Shown here: positions 1 through 7,903 of the stretch, in pieces
Layout: every line of letters begins with the position of its first letter
Numbering within the stretch: the stretch's first letter is position 1
Assembly: GCA_052034935.1 (NCBI GenBank)
Contig: JBPOIB010000003.1
Span: 34,407 to 98,406, forward strand
Reading direction: 5' to 3'
Origin: Candidatus Moraniibacteriota bacterium
Lineage (GTDB): Bacteria; Patescibacteriota; Minisyncoccia; Moranbacterales; UBA1568
DNA length: 64,000 nucleotides
Program-made: the position numbers and the translations under genes
Notes under the pieces: generated by a model
What the model was told of the DNA's origin: nothing
Databases searched by the model: none
Seen by the model: the letters and a program-made list of their open reading frames with translations, nothing else

Positions 1-2
1 GG

Positions 3-1835
3 TCGGCAATCCGCGAAAAAGGAAAGACGCGGCTTTTTTATCGCGCCCAGTCGCTCCCCCTCCTCCATGAGGAAGGGCCCTGGCTTTCCATGTCGAGTAT
101 CGGCCAGACCGAGAGTGCTGATGGGATACATTTCAAAAAACACCGTCCGTTCATCGAGCCAACCGAGACCTGGGAGCGTTTTGGCTGCGAGGATCCGCGC
201 ATCACGAAATGTGATGGAAAATACTATCTTTTCTATACGGCACTCTCTGAGTTTCCCTTCCGGGCCGAAGGCATCTCGGTCGGTCTCGCGATTACAGAGA
301 ATTTCAAGAAAATCGAAAAACATCACATCACGCCGTTCAACGCCAAGGCGATGGCGCTTTTCCCGGAACGAATCAACGGCAAGCTCTGGGCCATCCTCTC
401 CGCCAACACTGATCGACCGCCATCAACCATCGCGCTCGCTTCGTTCGACGAAGAATCAGATTTGTGGGACAGTGCTCGCTGGCTGAAGTGGTACGAGCAT
501 CTCGAGGATCACGGGCTTGATCTGCAGCGCACCGACGATGATCATGTCGAGATCGGCGCGGCCCCGATCAAGACCGAGGATGGTTGGCTCATGCTGTACT
601 CTTACATTCAGAAGTATCACACCGAAAACCCGATTTTTACCGTCGAGGCAGTTCTGCTCGATCTGAACGATCCTCGGAAAGTCATTGCCCGGACCGACTC
701 TCCGCTCCTCGTTCCGGAAGAAGAATACGAGCACTACGGCAAAGTAAAAGATATTGTCTTCCCAAGCGGCGCTGTTGTCCGCGGTGATACCATCTTCCTG
801 TACTATGGCGCGGCTGATACGACCACCTGCGTCGCAACCGGGAGTCTGAAGGCGCTTTTGAAAGAGATGAAGACATCAAAAAAGGACCAGCCCGCACTTA
901 CTCGCTACCGGAAAAATCCTGTGCTTGAGCCAGTCCGCGACCATAGCTGGGAGTCCAAAGCCGTCTTTAATCCGGCCGCCATCGAAGTGGACGGTACCGT
1001 CCGCATCCTTTACCGTGCGATGTCAGATGATGACACGTCCGTCCTCGGCTATGCCGAAAGCAAGAATGGCTTCAAGATTACAAAGCGTCTGCCTGATCCA
1101 GTCTATGTCCCGCGCGCTCCGTTCGAAGTGAAGAATGCGCCGGGAAATTCTGGCTGCGAGGACCCGCGGCTTACCCGTTTTGGCGATACCTATTACATGC
1201 TCTACACGGCGGTCGATGCCGCTGCCCCGCCGCGCGTCGCACTCTCGACGATCTCAGCCGAAGATTTTGAATCCAGCCGTTTTGACCGTTTCAGCTACCC
1301 GGTGCTCATCTCACCGCCTGGGATTGACGACAAGGACGCCTGCCTTTTCCCGGAAAAGATCGGTGGGAAATATGTCATCCTCCACCGCATCCAGCCAGCA
1401 ATCGATATCAACTTCCTCGACAGTCTGGACTTCGACGAATCGACCTTCCTCACCCATCAGCCATTCATTTTCCCACGGCGGGGCATGTGGGATAGCCGGA
1501 AAATCGGCATCAATACCGCCCCTGTCCGGACCAAGGCCGGCTGGCTCATCCTCTATCACGGTGTCTCCGAATACGATGGTCACTACCGCGTCGGTGCTAT
1601 CCTCCTCGATCTCGACCACCCCGAAAAAGTCATCGGTCGGAGTCGACGACCACTCTTCAGCCCCGAGGAAGGGTATGAGCGCTTCGGCATTGTCCCGAAC
1701 GTTGTCTTTCCCTGCGGTGCCGTTGTCCGCGATAATACCCTCATCACCTACTACGGCGGAGCCGACCGGGTCATCGGAGTGGCAAGCATTAAACTCCCCA
1801 AACTCCTGAAATCGCTTCTCGCCGAAGGTATCTAA
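3..1835 (+). CDS. Tandem-duplicated GH130 (DUF377) glycoside phosphorylase-like protein; 5' partial, the frame is open from position 3
   Basis: Two roughly 290-aa repeats each carry the GH130 motif GCEDPR(I/L)T followed by YY(L/M)(F/L)YTA. The upstream frame translates ...TRLFYRAQS..., matching RILYRAMS of repeat 2, so the gene starts before the window. Confidence 0.7.
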   Translation, partial: SAIREKGKTRLFYRAQSLPLLHEEGPWLSMSSIGQTESADGIHFKKHRPFIEPTETWERFGCEDPRITKCDGKYYLFYTALSEFPFRAEGISVGLAITENFKKIEKHHITPFNAKAMALFPERINGKLWAILSANTDRPPSTIALASFDEESDLWDSARWLKWYEHLEDHGLDLQRTDDDHVEIGAAPIKTEDGWLMLYSYIQKYHTENPIFTVEAVLLDLNDPRKVIARTDSPLLVPEEEYEHYGKVKDIVFPSGAVVRGDTIFLYYGAADTTTCVATGSLKALLKEMKTSKKDQPALTRYRKNPVLEPVRDHSWESKAVFNPAAIEVDGTVRILYRAMSDDDTSVLGYAESKNGFKITKRLPDPVYVPRAPFEVKNAPGNSGCEDPRLTRFGDTYYMLYTAVDAAAPPRVALSTISAEDFESSRFDRFSYPVLISPPGIDDKDACLFPEKIGGKYVILHRIQPAIDINFLDSLDFDESTFLTHQPFIFPRRGMWDSRKIGINTAPVRTKAGWLILYHGVSEYDGHYRVGAILLDLDHPEKVIGRSRRPLFSPEEGYERFGIVPNVVFPCGAVVRDNTLITYYGGADRVIGVASIKLPKLLKSLLAEGI

Positions 1836-1856
1836 GGCGCCGACAAAAGCCGGCAA

Positions 1857-1897
1857 TAAAAAAAACCGTCCTGAGTTCATCGAAGGACGGTTTTTTT
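1857..1897. terminator. Bidirectional rho-independent terminator
   Basis: A8, then CCGTCCT-loop-AGGACGG, then T7, placed between convergent genes. Confidence 0.7.
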
Positions 1898-1908
1898 ATT
1901 AATCAGTC

Positions 1909-2562
1909 TTACTGAGCCATCACCTGAGACATGTCCGGCATCGCCATCCCCGCTGGCAGTTTTTCCTTTATCTCTTCCATCATCTGCATCGATTGTTCCA
2001 TCAGGGCACATTGATCGGTAAAAACAATGTCTCTCGGCCAACTCAGAACAATATCCGGCGCCGGTTCACACTTCACGTTCTTTGCCATATCAAAAGCTTT
2101 TTCCATATCCTTCGGTTCGGCTGGTACCGGCACGTCCCCGGCCGGCTTCGGCATATCCTTCACTGCCTCGCCCATCTTTTGGAGACAGGCTTTCGACATT
2201 TTCATTCCTGTCCTCGTTGCGCTGTTCCATGAGTACTGATTTTCACCGTCGAAGAGCGTGTCCACCTGCATTCCACCCACCACGGTCGTCAAACGATACT
2301 TTTCGCCATCAATGCTGACTTTCGACTCCACCGACTCCCCACTCTCGTTCAAGACATACGTGCACTGCATCTTCTGGCCGAGACCCATTGCTTCCTTGAT
2401 CGAAGAAACCATCCCTTTCTCTGGAGTCGTCTCCACCATCATATTGGCCGGAACCGCTGCCTCATCGCTCGGTTCACTTTTTTGCTTCCAGAAGAAAAAT
2501 CCAGCTATCAGGACCACTACGAGGATTCCAAGCCCGATTATTTTTTGCATAAGGGATGGCAT
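1909..2562 (-). CDS. Hypothetical membrane-anchored or secreted protein
   Basis: N-terminal hydrophobic helix (IIGLGILVVVLIAGFFFW); no recognisable domain. Confidence 0.45.
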   Translation of the reverse strand: MPSLMQKIIGLGILVVVLIAGFFFWKQKSEPSDEAAVPANMMVETTPEKGMVSSIKEAMGLGQKMQCTYVLNESGESVESKVSIDGEKYRLTTVVGGMQVDTLFDGENQYSWNSATRTGMKMSKACLQKMGEAVKDMPKPAGDVPVPAEPKDMEKAFDMAKNVKCEPAPDIVLSWPRDIVFTDQCALMEQSMQMMEEIKEKLPAGMAMPDMSQVMAQ

Positions 2563-2621
2563 TAATTACCTCCAGTATACACCGAGATGCCGCTTTCATA
2601 AGCTATACTTAAAGTATCGCC

Positions 2622-3164
2622 ATGGCCAAGAATATTGTCTACATTGCTGCCAGTCTCGACGGTTTTATCGCCCGCCCAAATGGAGCCGTCGACTGGCTCG
2701 ACGCCTATCAGAATGAGGGCGAAGACTATGGTTATGCAGAATTTTACGCCTCTGTCGGAGCTGTAGTAATGGGCTGGAATACTTACCAAAAATCACTCTC
2801 TCTTCCTGGGGCGCTCGACCCGAACATGCCCACTTATGTCATTTCAAGCATGGCCCATCAGCAGACATCAGAGACCCTTCACTTCGTTTCAGGAGAAAAT
2901 CTCGCCACCCTTATGGGAGAGATCCGTCAGTCGGTAGAAAAGAATATCTGGACTGTTGGCGGCGGCAAGCTCGTTCAAAGCCTCATACAGCTCGATCTCA
3001 TCGACGAAATCATCCTCTCCACCATCCCCATTGTCTTAGGTAACGGCATTTCACTCTTCGGATCAGTCAAAAAAGAGATTCGCCTTTCGATTCTCTCGTC
3101 AAAAAGCTATCCGGACGGAATTGTTCAATCGCACTACCGGCTTCAGAGAGAGTTTTCGCCTTAG
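2622..3164 (+). CDS. Dihydrofolate reductase family protein (RibD C-terminal domain-like)
   Basis: N-terminus MAKNIVYIAASLDGFIARPNGAVDWL is typical of the RibD_C/DHFR-like family; about 180 aa. Confidence 0.6.
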   Translation: MAKNIVYIAASLDGFIARPNGAVDWLDAYQNEGEDYGYAEFYASVGAVVMGWNTYQKSLSLPGALDPNMPTYVISSMAHQQTSETLHFVSGENLATLMGEIRQSVEKNIWTVGGGKLVQSLIQLDLIDEIILSTIPIVLGNGISLFGSVKKEIRLSILSSKSYPDGIVQSHYRLQREFSP

Positions 3165-3241
3165 TGCCTGTCCGGTTCTGCGAAGCTTAGGTCAATGGTT
3201 TACAGAGGCATTCTTTCCTGCTAGGCTCCCCTTACAGGCCT

Positions 3242-3757
3242 ATGCTTTCGAGACTCTCCGAACCCACGTTCCTTTTCGCCTGTCTCGGCGTTTTTTTTCT
3301 CTTTTTTGTCGTTCTTTTCAGCCTCATACTCATGCTTCATTTCCGTCAGCGGCGGCAGGAAAAGAAGCTCGCGCTGTTTTTTTCCGGAAAAGACGCGCGC
3401 AGCCTCGAGTCCCTTCTCGTTGAAGAGAAGGAGCTCATTGCCTCGGTCGATACTGATGTCCAAGAGCTCTTCGATATCTCGAACGAGCTGCATCGTCTCG
3501 GGGCCAAGAGCCTCCATAAGTACTCCGTGATGCGCTTCAATCCGTTCAAGGAAACTGGCGGCAACCAAAGCTTCGCCGTCGCCCTCCTCGACGGAAAGAA
3601 CTGCGGGGTGGTTATCTCTTCGCTTCATACGAGCGCTGGGACTCGAGTGTTCGCGAAACCCGTGAAGAGCGGCGAAGCAGACGGATTCCCTTTCACTGAA
3701 GAAGAAAAGGCCGTGATCCGCGAGGCCGAACGCAGCGCCATCGAGAAAAAAGTCTAG
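3242..3757 (+). CDS. DUF4446-like membrane-anchored protein
   Basis: N-terminal TM, then VMRFNPFKETGGNQSFAVALLDGKNCGVVISSLH, resembling DUF4446. Confidence 0.4.
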   Translation: MLSRLSEPTFLFACLGVFFLFFVVLFSLILMLHFRQRRQEKKLALFFSGKDARSLESLLVEEKELIASVDTDVQELFDISNELHRLGAKSLHKYSVMRFNPFKETGGNQSFAVALLDGKNCGVVISSLHTSAGTRVFAKPVKSGEADGFPFTEEEKAVIREAERSAIEKKV

Positions 3758-3808
3758 TTTTCAAATCTATCCCGTCAGAATCATCGATTTAACCGTTTAT
3801 TCAAACTC

Positions 3809-5572
3809 ATGAGCGAAGCAGAAATTATCAAATCCGTCGCCCTTCCTGAGACCATGACCGTCAAGAAACTGGCGGAGCTTCTCCATGTTCCGGTCGCAAA
3901 CGTCATCATGGAGCTCATGAAGAATAAAATTATCGCTACAATCAATGAGGAGATTGATTTTGACACTGCCTCGATTATCGCGAGTGAGCTCGGATTCCAG
4001 ACAACTGCCGATACGAATGAAAAGGCTGGCTCGCTGACTCTGGAAGAGCTCGCGGCGCTGGTGGCGGAAGAAAAGAAAGAGGCTGACCGGAAGCTTTCCG
4101 AGCGCGCTCCGATTGTCACTATCCTCGGTCATGTCGATCATGGTAAGACGACTCTCCTCGACACTATCCGCAAAGCGAACGTCGCGGCTGGCGAGGCGGG
4201 TGGCATCACCCAAAAAATCAGCGCCTACCAAGTGAAGAAGCACGGTCAGATGATTACCTTTATCGACACTCCGGGCCACGAGGCATTCTCCGGCATGCGC
4301 GAGCGCGGTGTCTCCATCGCCGACATCGCTATCCTCGTTGTCGCCGCCGATGACGGTGTCCGCCCCCAGACCAAGGAAGTGATCCAGTTCATCAACGAAA
4401 AGAAGCTTCCTGTTATCGTCGCTATCAACAAGATCGACAAGCCGGATGCCAAACCGGACCGGGTGAAGCAGGAGCTCGCTGAAAATGGCATCCTTTTCGA
4501 AGGATGGGGCGGCGAAGTCATGTGTGTCGAAGTGAGCGCGAAGGGTAATATCAACATCGATAAACTCCTCGATGCCATCCTCCTGGTCGCCGAAGTCGAG
4601 GAATTCAAAGCCGATGAGAAGCGCGACGGTCTCGCGGTCATTCTCGAATCCCATCTCGACCCGCAGAAAGGACCCGTAGCGACCGTCCTCATCAAGACCG
4701 GTACACTTAAAGTCGGCCAAGATATCATCGCCGGCAGCGCTTTCGGCCGTGTTCGGCGCCTCGAGGACTTCACCGGCAAGAACCGCGAGACCGCTGGTCC
4801 GTCCGTTCCGGCGATCCTGTACGGTTTTAGCACTGTCCCTCAAGTGAACGACGTCGTGCAGGTCGTGTCAGGGAAATCGCTCGCTCGCCTCAAATCACAG
4901 GAGGCCTTGCTCAAAGAAGGCGAGGTGAAGAAAGTCATCCGCAAGGAAGATGAGAACGTGAAGCGCCTGCCAATCATCCTCAAAGCCGATGTCCAGGGCT
5001 CCCTCGAAGCGCTCCAGCAGATTCTCGGCGCGATCGAGCATCCCGAAGTCATGCTCGAGGAGATTGCGACTGGGGTTGGTAGCATCACCGAAAGCGATGT
5101 GAAACTCGCCGCCTCGAGCCATGCCAAGATTTTCGGCTTCAATGTCGAACCGACGTCGGTCGCCAAACGGATTGCCGAAACAAGCCTCGTGCCGATCGAG
5201 AGCTTCAACATCATCTACAAGCTCGTTGAGGCTGTAAAGAACGACCTTTCTGCCCTCCTTCCGCCGGAAATCATCCGCACCGATTTTGGCCAACTTTCTA
5301 TCCTCGCAATCTTCAAAAGTGGCAAGCGAGACATGATTATCGGGGGCCGTGTTTCAGAAGGAAAGATCCTTAAAGGAACACTCCTCGAAGTGAAGCGTGA
5401 CGGTGAAATCATCGGGTCAGGTAAAATGGGCAATCTCCAGCGTAACAAGGAGAATGCCACTGAGGTCGGGCAAGGGAATGAATGTGGACTCGTTTTCGAC
5501 GGTCCAGTGAAGCTCCAGGTGGGCGACACGCTCATTTCTTATCAGGTGGAAGAGAAGCGTCGTGCACTCTAG
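3809..5572 (+). CDS. infB: Translation initiation factor IF-2 (short form)
   Basis: G-domain GHVDHGKTTLLD, DTPGH, NKID; C-terminal beta-barrel domains present. Confidence 0.95.
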   Translation: MSEAEIIKSVALPETMTVKKLAELLHVPVANVIMELMKNKIIATINEEIDFDTASIIASELGFQTTADTNEKAGSLTLEELAALVAEEKKEADRKLSERAPIVTILGHVDHGKTTLLDTIRKANVAAGEAGGITQKISAYQVKKHGQMITFIDTPGHEAFSGMRERGVSIADIAILVVAADDGVRPQTKEVIQFINEKKLPVIVAINKIDKPDAKPDRVKQELAENGILFEGWGGEVMCVEVSAKGNINIDKLLDAILLVAEVEEFKADEKRDGLAVILESHLDPQKGPVATVLIKTGTLKVGQDIIAGSAFGRVRRLEDFTGKNRETAGPSVPAILYGFSTVPQVNDVVQVVSGKSLARLKSQEALLKEGEVKKVIRKEDENVKRLPIILKADVQGSLEALQQILGAIEHPEVMLEEIATGVGSITESDVKLAASSHAKIFGFNVEPTSVAKRIAETSLVPIESFNIIYKLVEAVKNDLSALLPPEIIRTDFGQLSILAIFKSGKRDMIIGGRVSEGKILKGTLLEVKRDGEIIGSGKMGNLQRNKENATEVGQGNECGLVFDGPVKLQVGDTLISYQVEEKRRAL

Positions 5573-5595
5573 TGACTCTTACTAGAGACAAGGGA

Positions 5596-5618
5596 CCGGC
5601 GAGCAAGCCGGTTTTTTC
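5596..5618 (+). terminator. Rho-independent terminator after infB
   Basis: CCGGC-GAGCAA-GCCGG followed by T6. Confidence 0.65.
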
Positions 5619-5626
5619 TTTTTATC

Positions 5627-5656
5627 GTTGACGCCTCCTCTCAAAGCGGAGTATAC
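5627..5656 (+). promoter_or_regulatory. Sigma70-like promoter upstream of cca
   Basis: TTGACG, 17-nt spacer, then gTATACT. Confidence 0.5.
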
Positions 5657-5695
5657 TCGAACCTCATTCGAAGCCCATGCTAGACTGGAAATGCT

Positions 5696-7285
5696 ATGAC
5701 CTATCCTATTCCTCTGCCTGTTTTTGAAGTCATTCAAGCCCTTGAAAAGGCCGGTTTCAAGGCCTACATCGTCGGCGGATCGCTTCGGGATCTCCTCTTG
5801 AACCGTCAGCCGAAGGACTGGGACATCACTACTGACGCCCTGCCGGAAGCGATTCAACAGATCTTCCCCGAAAGCGTCTACGAGAACACCTTTGGTACAG
5901 TTGGAGTAAAAGTTGGCCGTTTCACCCCGGCTTTTCCAGATGAGAACGGCTTTTTGGCGACTGAGGCTATTAAAAACGAGTCTTCAGAAGAGGTCACTGA
6001 AAAGGAAATTATCGAAGTGACTACCTTCAGGAAAGAATCGACTTACAGCGATAGCCGACGTCCCGACCAAGTAACCTTTGTATCTTCAATCGAGGACGAC
6101 CTTGCGCGCCGCGACTTCACCGTAAACGCAATTGCCGGGAAAGTCAGTGCTCTCTCCACCGATTTTCCGACCGAGAAGACCCTTGTTCCTGCAACGATTG
6201 AAATCGTTGATCCATTCCAGGGCACCATCGACCTTGAAAAAAAAGTGCTGCGCGCTGTTGGAAATCCCGAGGAGCGATTCGAGGAAGATGCTCTTCGTCT
6301 CATCCGCGCGATTCGGCTTCTCTCCGAGCTCCAGTCGATCAAAACAACGCCAGATCCTCTCTCAAACTGGACTATCGAACCAGAAACTCTCGCAGCTTTG
6401 AAAAAACTTTCAGACCGGATTTCCCGGGTCGCACCGGAACGAATCCAGGCCGAGCTCTCGCGTATCATCCTCTCACCGAAGCCGGAACTCGGAATTAGCC
6501 TCCTCCTCGAGACCGGATTGCTCCGATTCATCATCCCCGAGCTCGTTGAAGGGGTCGGCGTGACACAAAATCTCCACCACATCTATACTGTTTGGGAACA
6601 CAATCTCCGCGCGCTCGCGACCTGTCCATCAAAAAAACTTTCAGTGCGGCTCGCAACACTACTCCATGATGTCGGAAAACCACGAACTAAAAAAGGCGAG
6701 GGGTACCGCTCCACGTTCTACAATCACGACCATGTCGGCGCACGGATGACGCGAAAAATTCTGGAGAGGCTTCGCTATCCAAAAAAAATCATCGATCATG
6801 CTTCAATGCTGGTCGATAATCACCTCTTCTATTACAACGTCGGCGAAGTAACTGAGGCATCGGTGCGGCGGCTCATCAAACGAGTCGGTCTCGAGAATAT
6901 GGATGATCTCATGGCCGTCCGCATCGGCGATCGGCTCGGAAGCGGCGTTCCGAAGGCAAAGCCTTACAAGCTCCGTCATCTTGAATATATGGTCGACAAA
7001 GTATCTCACGATCCGACATCGGTAAAGATGCTCAGTATCGATGGGGCAACGCTGATGCGCGAACTGCAACTCTCGCCGGGACCAAAAATAGGAGCTCTTC
7101 TTGATTGTCTCCTGGCAGAAGTTATCGAGCAACCGAAAAACAATGATCCCACATGGCTTCTTGACCGGGCGAGGGAACTCATGGATAATGATTTGAGCGC
7201 ATTACGTGCTCTCGCTAAAGAGCGAATCGAGGAAAAGAACGAGGCTGAGGATCAATCGATTCGCGGTCGCCATCGGGTCGCCTAA
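5696..7285 (+). CDS. cca: CCA tRNA nucleotidyltransferase with HD domain
   Basis: PolyA-polymerase head GGSLRDLLL..DWD; HD motif LLHDVGKP. Confidence 0.9.
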   Translation: MTYPIPLPVFEVIQALEKAGFKAYIVGGSLRDLLLNRQPKDWDITTDALPEAIQQIFPESVYENTFGTVGVKVGRFTPAFPDENGFLATEAIKNESSEEVTEKEIIEVTTFRKESTYSDSRRPDQVTFVSSIEDDLARRDFTVNAIAGKVSALSTDFPTEKTLVPATIEIVDPFQGTIDLEKKVLRAVGNPEERFEEDALRLIRAIRLLSELQSIKTTPDPLSNWTIEPETLAALKKLSDRISRVAPERIQAELSRIILSPKPELGISLLLETGLLRFIIPELVEGVGVTQNLHHIYTVWEHNLRALATCPSKKLSVRLATLLHDVGKPRTKKGEGYRSTFYNHDHVGARMTRKILERLRYPKKIIDHASMLVDNHLFYYNVGEVTEASVRRLIKRVGLENMDDLMAVRIGDRLGSGVPKAKPYKLRHLEYMVDKVSHDPTSVKMLSIDGATLMRELQLSPGPKIGALLDCLLAEVIEQPKNNDPTWLLDRARELMDNDLSALRALAKERIEEKNEAEDQSIRGRHRVA

Positions 7286-7287
7286 AA

Positions 7288-7360
7288 CGGAGTGTGGTAT
7301 AACGGCATTACGCACGCTTCGGGTGCGTGTAATCCGGGTTCAATTCCCGGCACTCCGACA
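7288..7360 (+). tRNA. tRNA-Pro(CGG)
   Basis: Acceptor CGGAGTG/CACTCCG; anticodon stem CACGC/GCGTG; loop TTCGGGT (U33, anticodon CGG, G37); T-arm CCGGG-TTCAATT-CCCGG. Confidence 0.8.
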
Positions 7361-7784
7361 AATGCACAGCACAGGCTCGCTTTCGTGAAATTCGGCCGTT
7401 CTGCTTCATCTCAAAAGTCCGACTTTTTCGAGAAAGGTCTCGACTGAATAAAATTATGCGACTTCTCATAAGACAATCCGGTGAAAGTGCGCTTACCCTT
7501 TTCCGAAGAGCCGGGTACTCATTTCAGCATCAGAACGGAGGCGAGATGAGCTTTGTCCGGACTCTCTCTAGGGGCGATTACCCCCGCTTCCATTCGTATG
7601 TGAAGACACACTCTGATGGTTTCGAGTGCAGTATCCATCTCGACCAGAAACGTGAGACGTATGGGAAAATGACCCGGCATCATGGCTAATACGATGACGA
7701 GGGCGCCGTCGCTTAAGAAATCAAGCGACTGGAAACTCATGTCGGTCCGCTCGCCCGGATTGGATAATTGGATAGCGGCAAGCA
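7361..7784. ncRNA. Candidate structured ncRNA in a tRNA-flanked spacer (RNase P RNA-like motifs, possibly reduced); strand uncertain
   Basis: 424 nt with no convincing CDS. On the + strand, GUCCGGACUCUCUCUAGGGGCGAUUACCCC resembles P4/CR-I plus the following hairpin. A downstream ACCCGGCA can pair with it, leaving a bulged U as in P4. GGUGAAAG...GCGC and CGACCAG motifs are also present. Confidence 0.25.
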
Positions 7785-7870
7785 GCTGTGGTGGTGGAAC
7801 GGTAGACACGCTAGCCTTAGGAGCTAGTGCTCGTAAGAGCATGAGAGTTCGATTCTCTCCCACAGCACCA
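7785..7870 (+). tRNA. tRNA-Leu(UAG)
   Basis: Acceptor GCTGTGG/CCACAGC; anticodon arm CTAGC-CTTAGGA-GCTAG; long variable arm; T-arm GAGAG-TTCGATT-CTCTC; encoded CCA. Confidence 0.85.
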
Positions 7871-7903
7871 AAAAAATCTTCCTATATAGGAAGATTTTTA
7901 TGT

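Noticed and set aside
67-486. ORF 67..486 (+), 139 aa, overlapping the GH130 gene
   Set aside because: It is out of frame with the motif-bearing GH130 frame, which is open from position 3; the translation is Arg/Ser-rich and low complexity.
4246-4833. Long antisense or alternate-frame ORFs inside well-supported genes, for example 4246..4833, 8391..9205, 12768..13412, 17576..18361, 22399..22977, 24650..25300 and 29554..30064
   Set aside because: They lie entirely within high-confidence CDSs (infB, VirB4, VirB6, UvrD, comM and so on) and have low-complexity Arg/Ser/Pro-rich translations typical of GC-rich antisense frames.
7660-7784. tmRNA reading of the spacer (a short frame ...GCC GUC GCU UAA resembling a tag ending in AVA)
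   Set aside because: There is no tRNA-like T-arm or acceptor pairing and no 5' GGGG...UUCGAC acceptor half. The downstream T-arm belongs to a complete tRNA-Leu.
7456-7863. ORFs 7456..7689 (+) and 7519..7863 (-) in the tRNA-Pro to tRNA-Leu spacer
   Set aside because: The minus ORF overlaps tRNA-Leu. Neither has recognisable motifs or an RBS, and the region is better explained as a structured RNA spacer.
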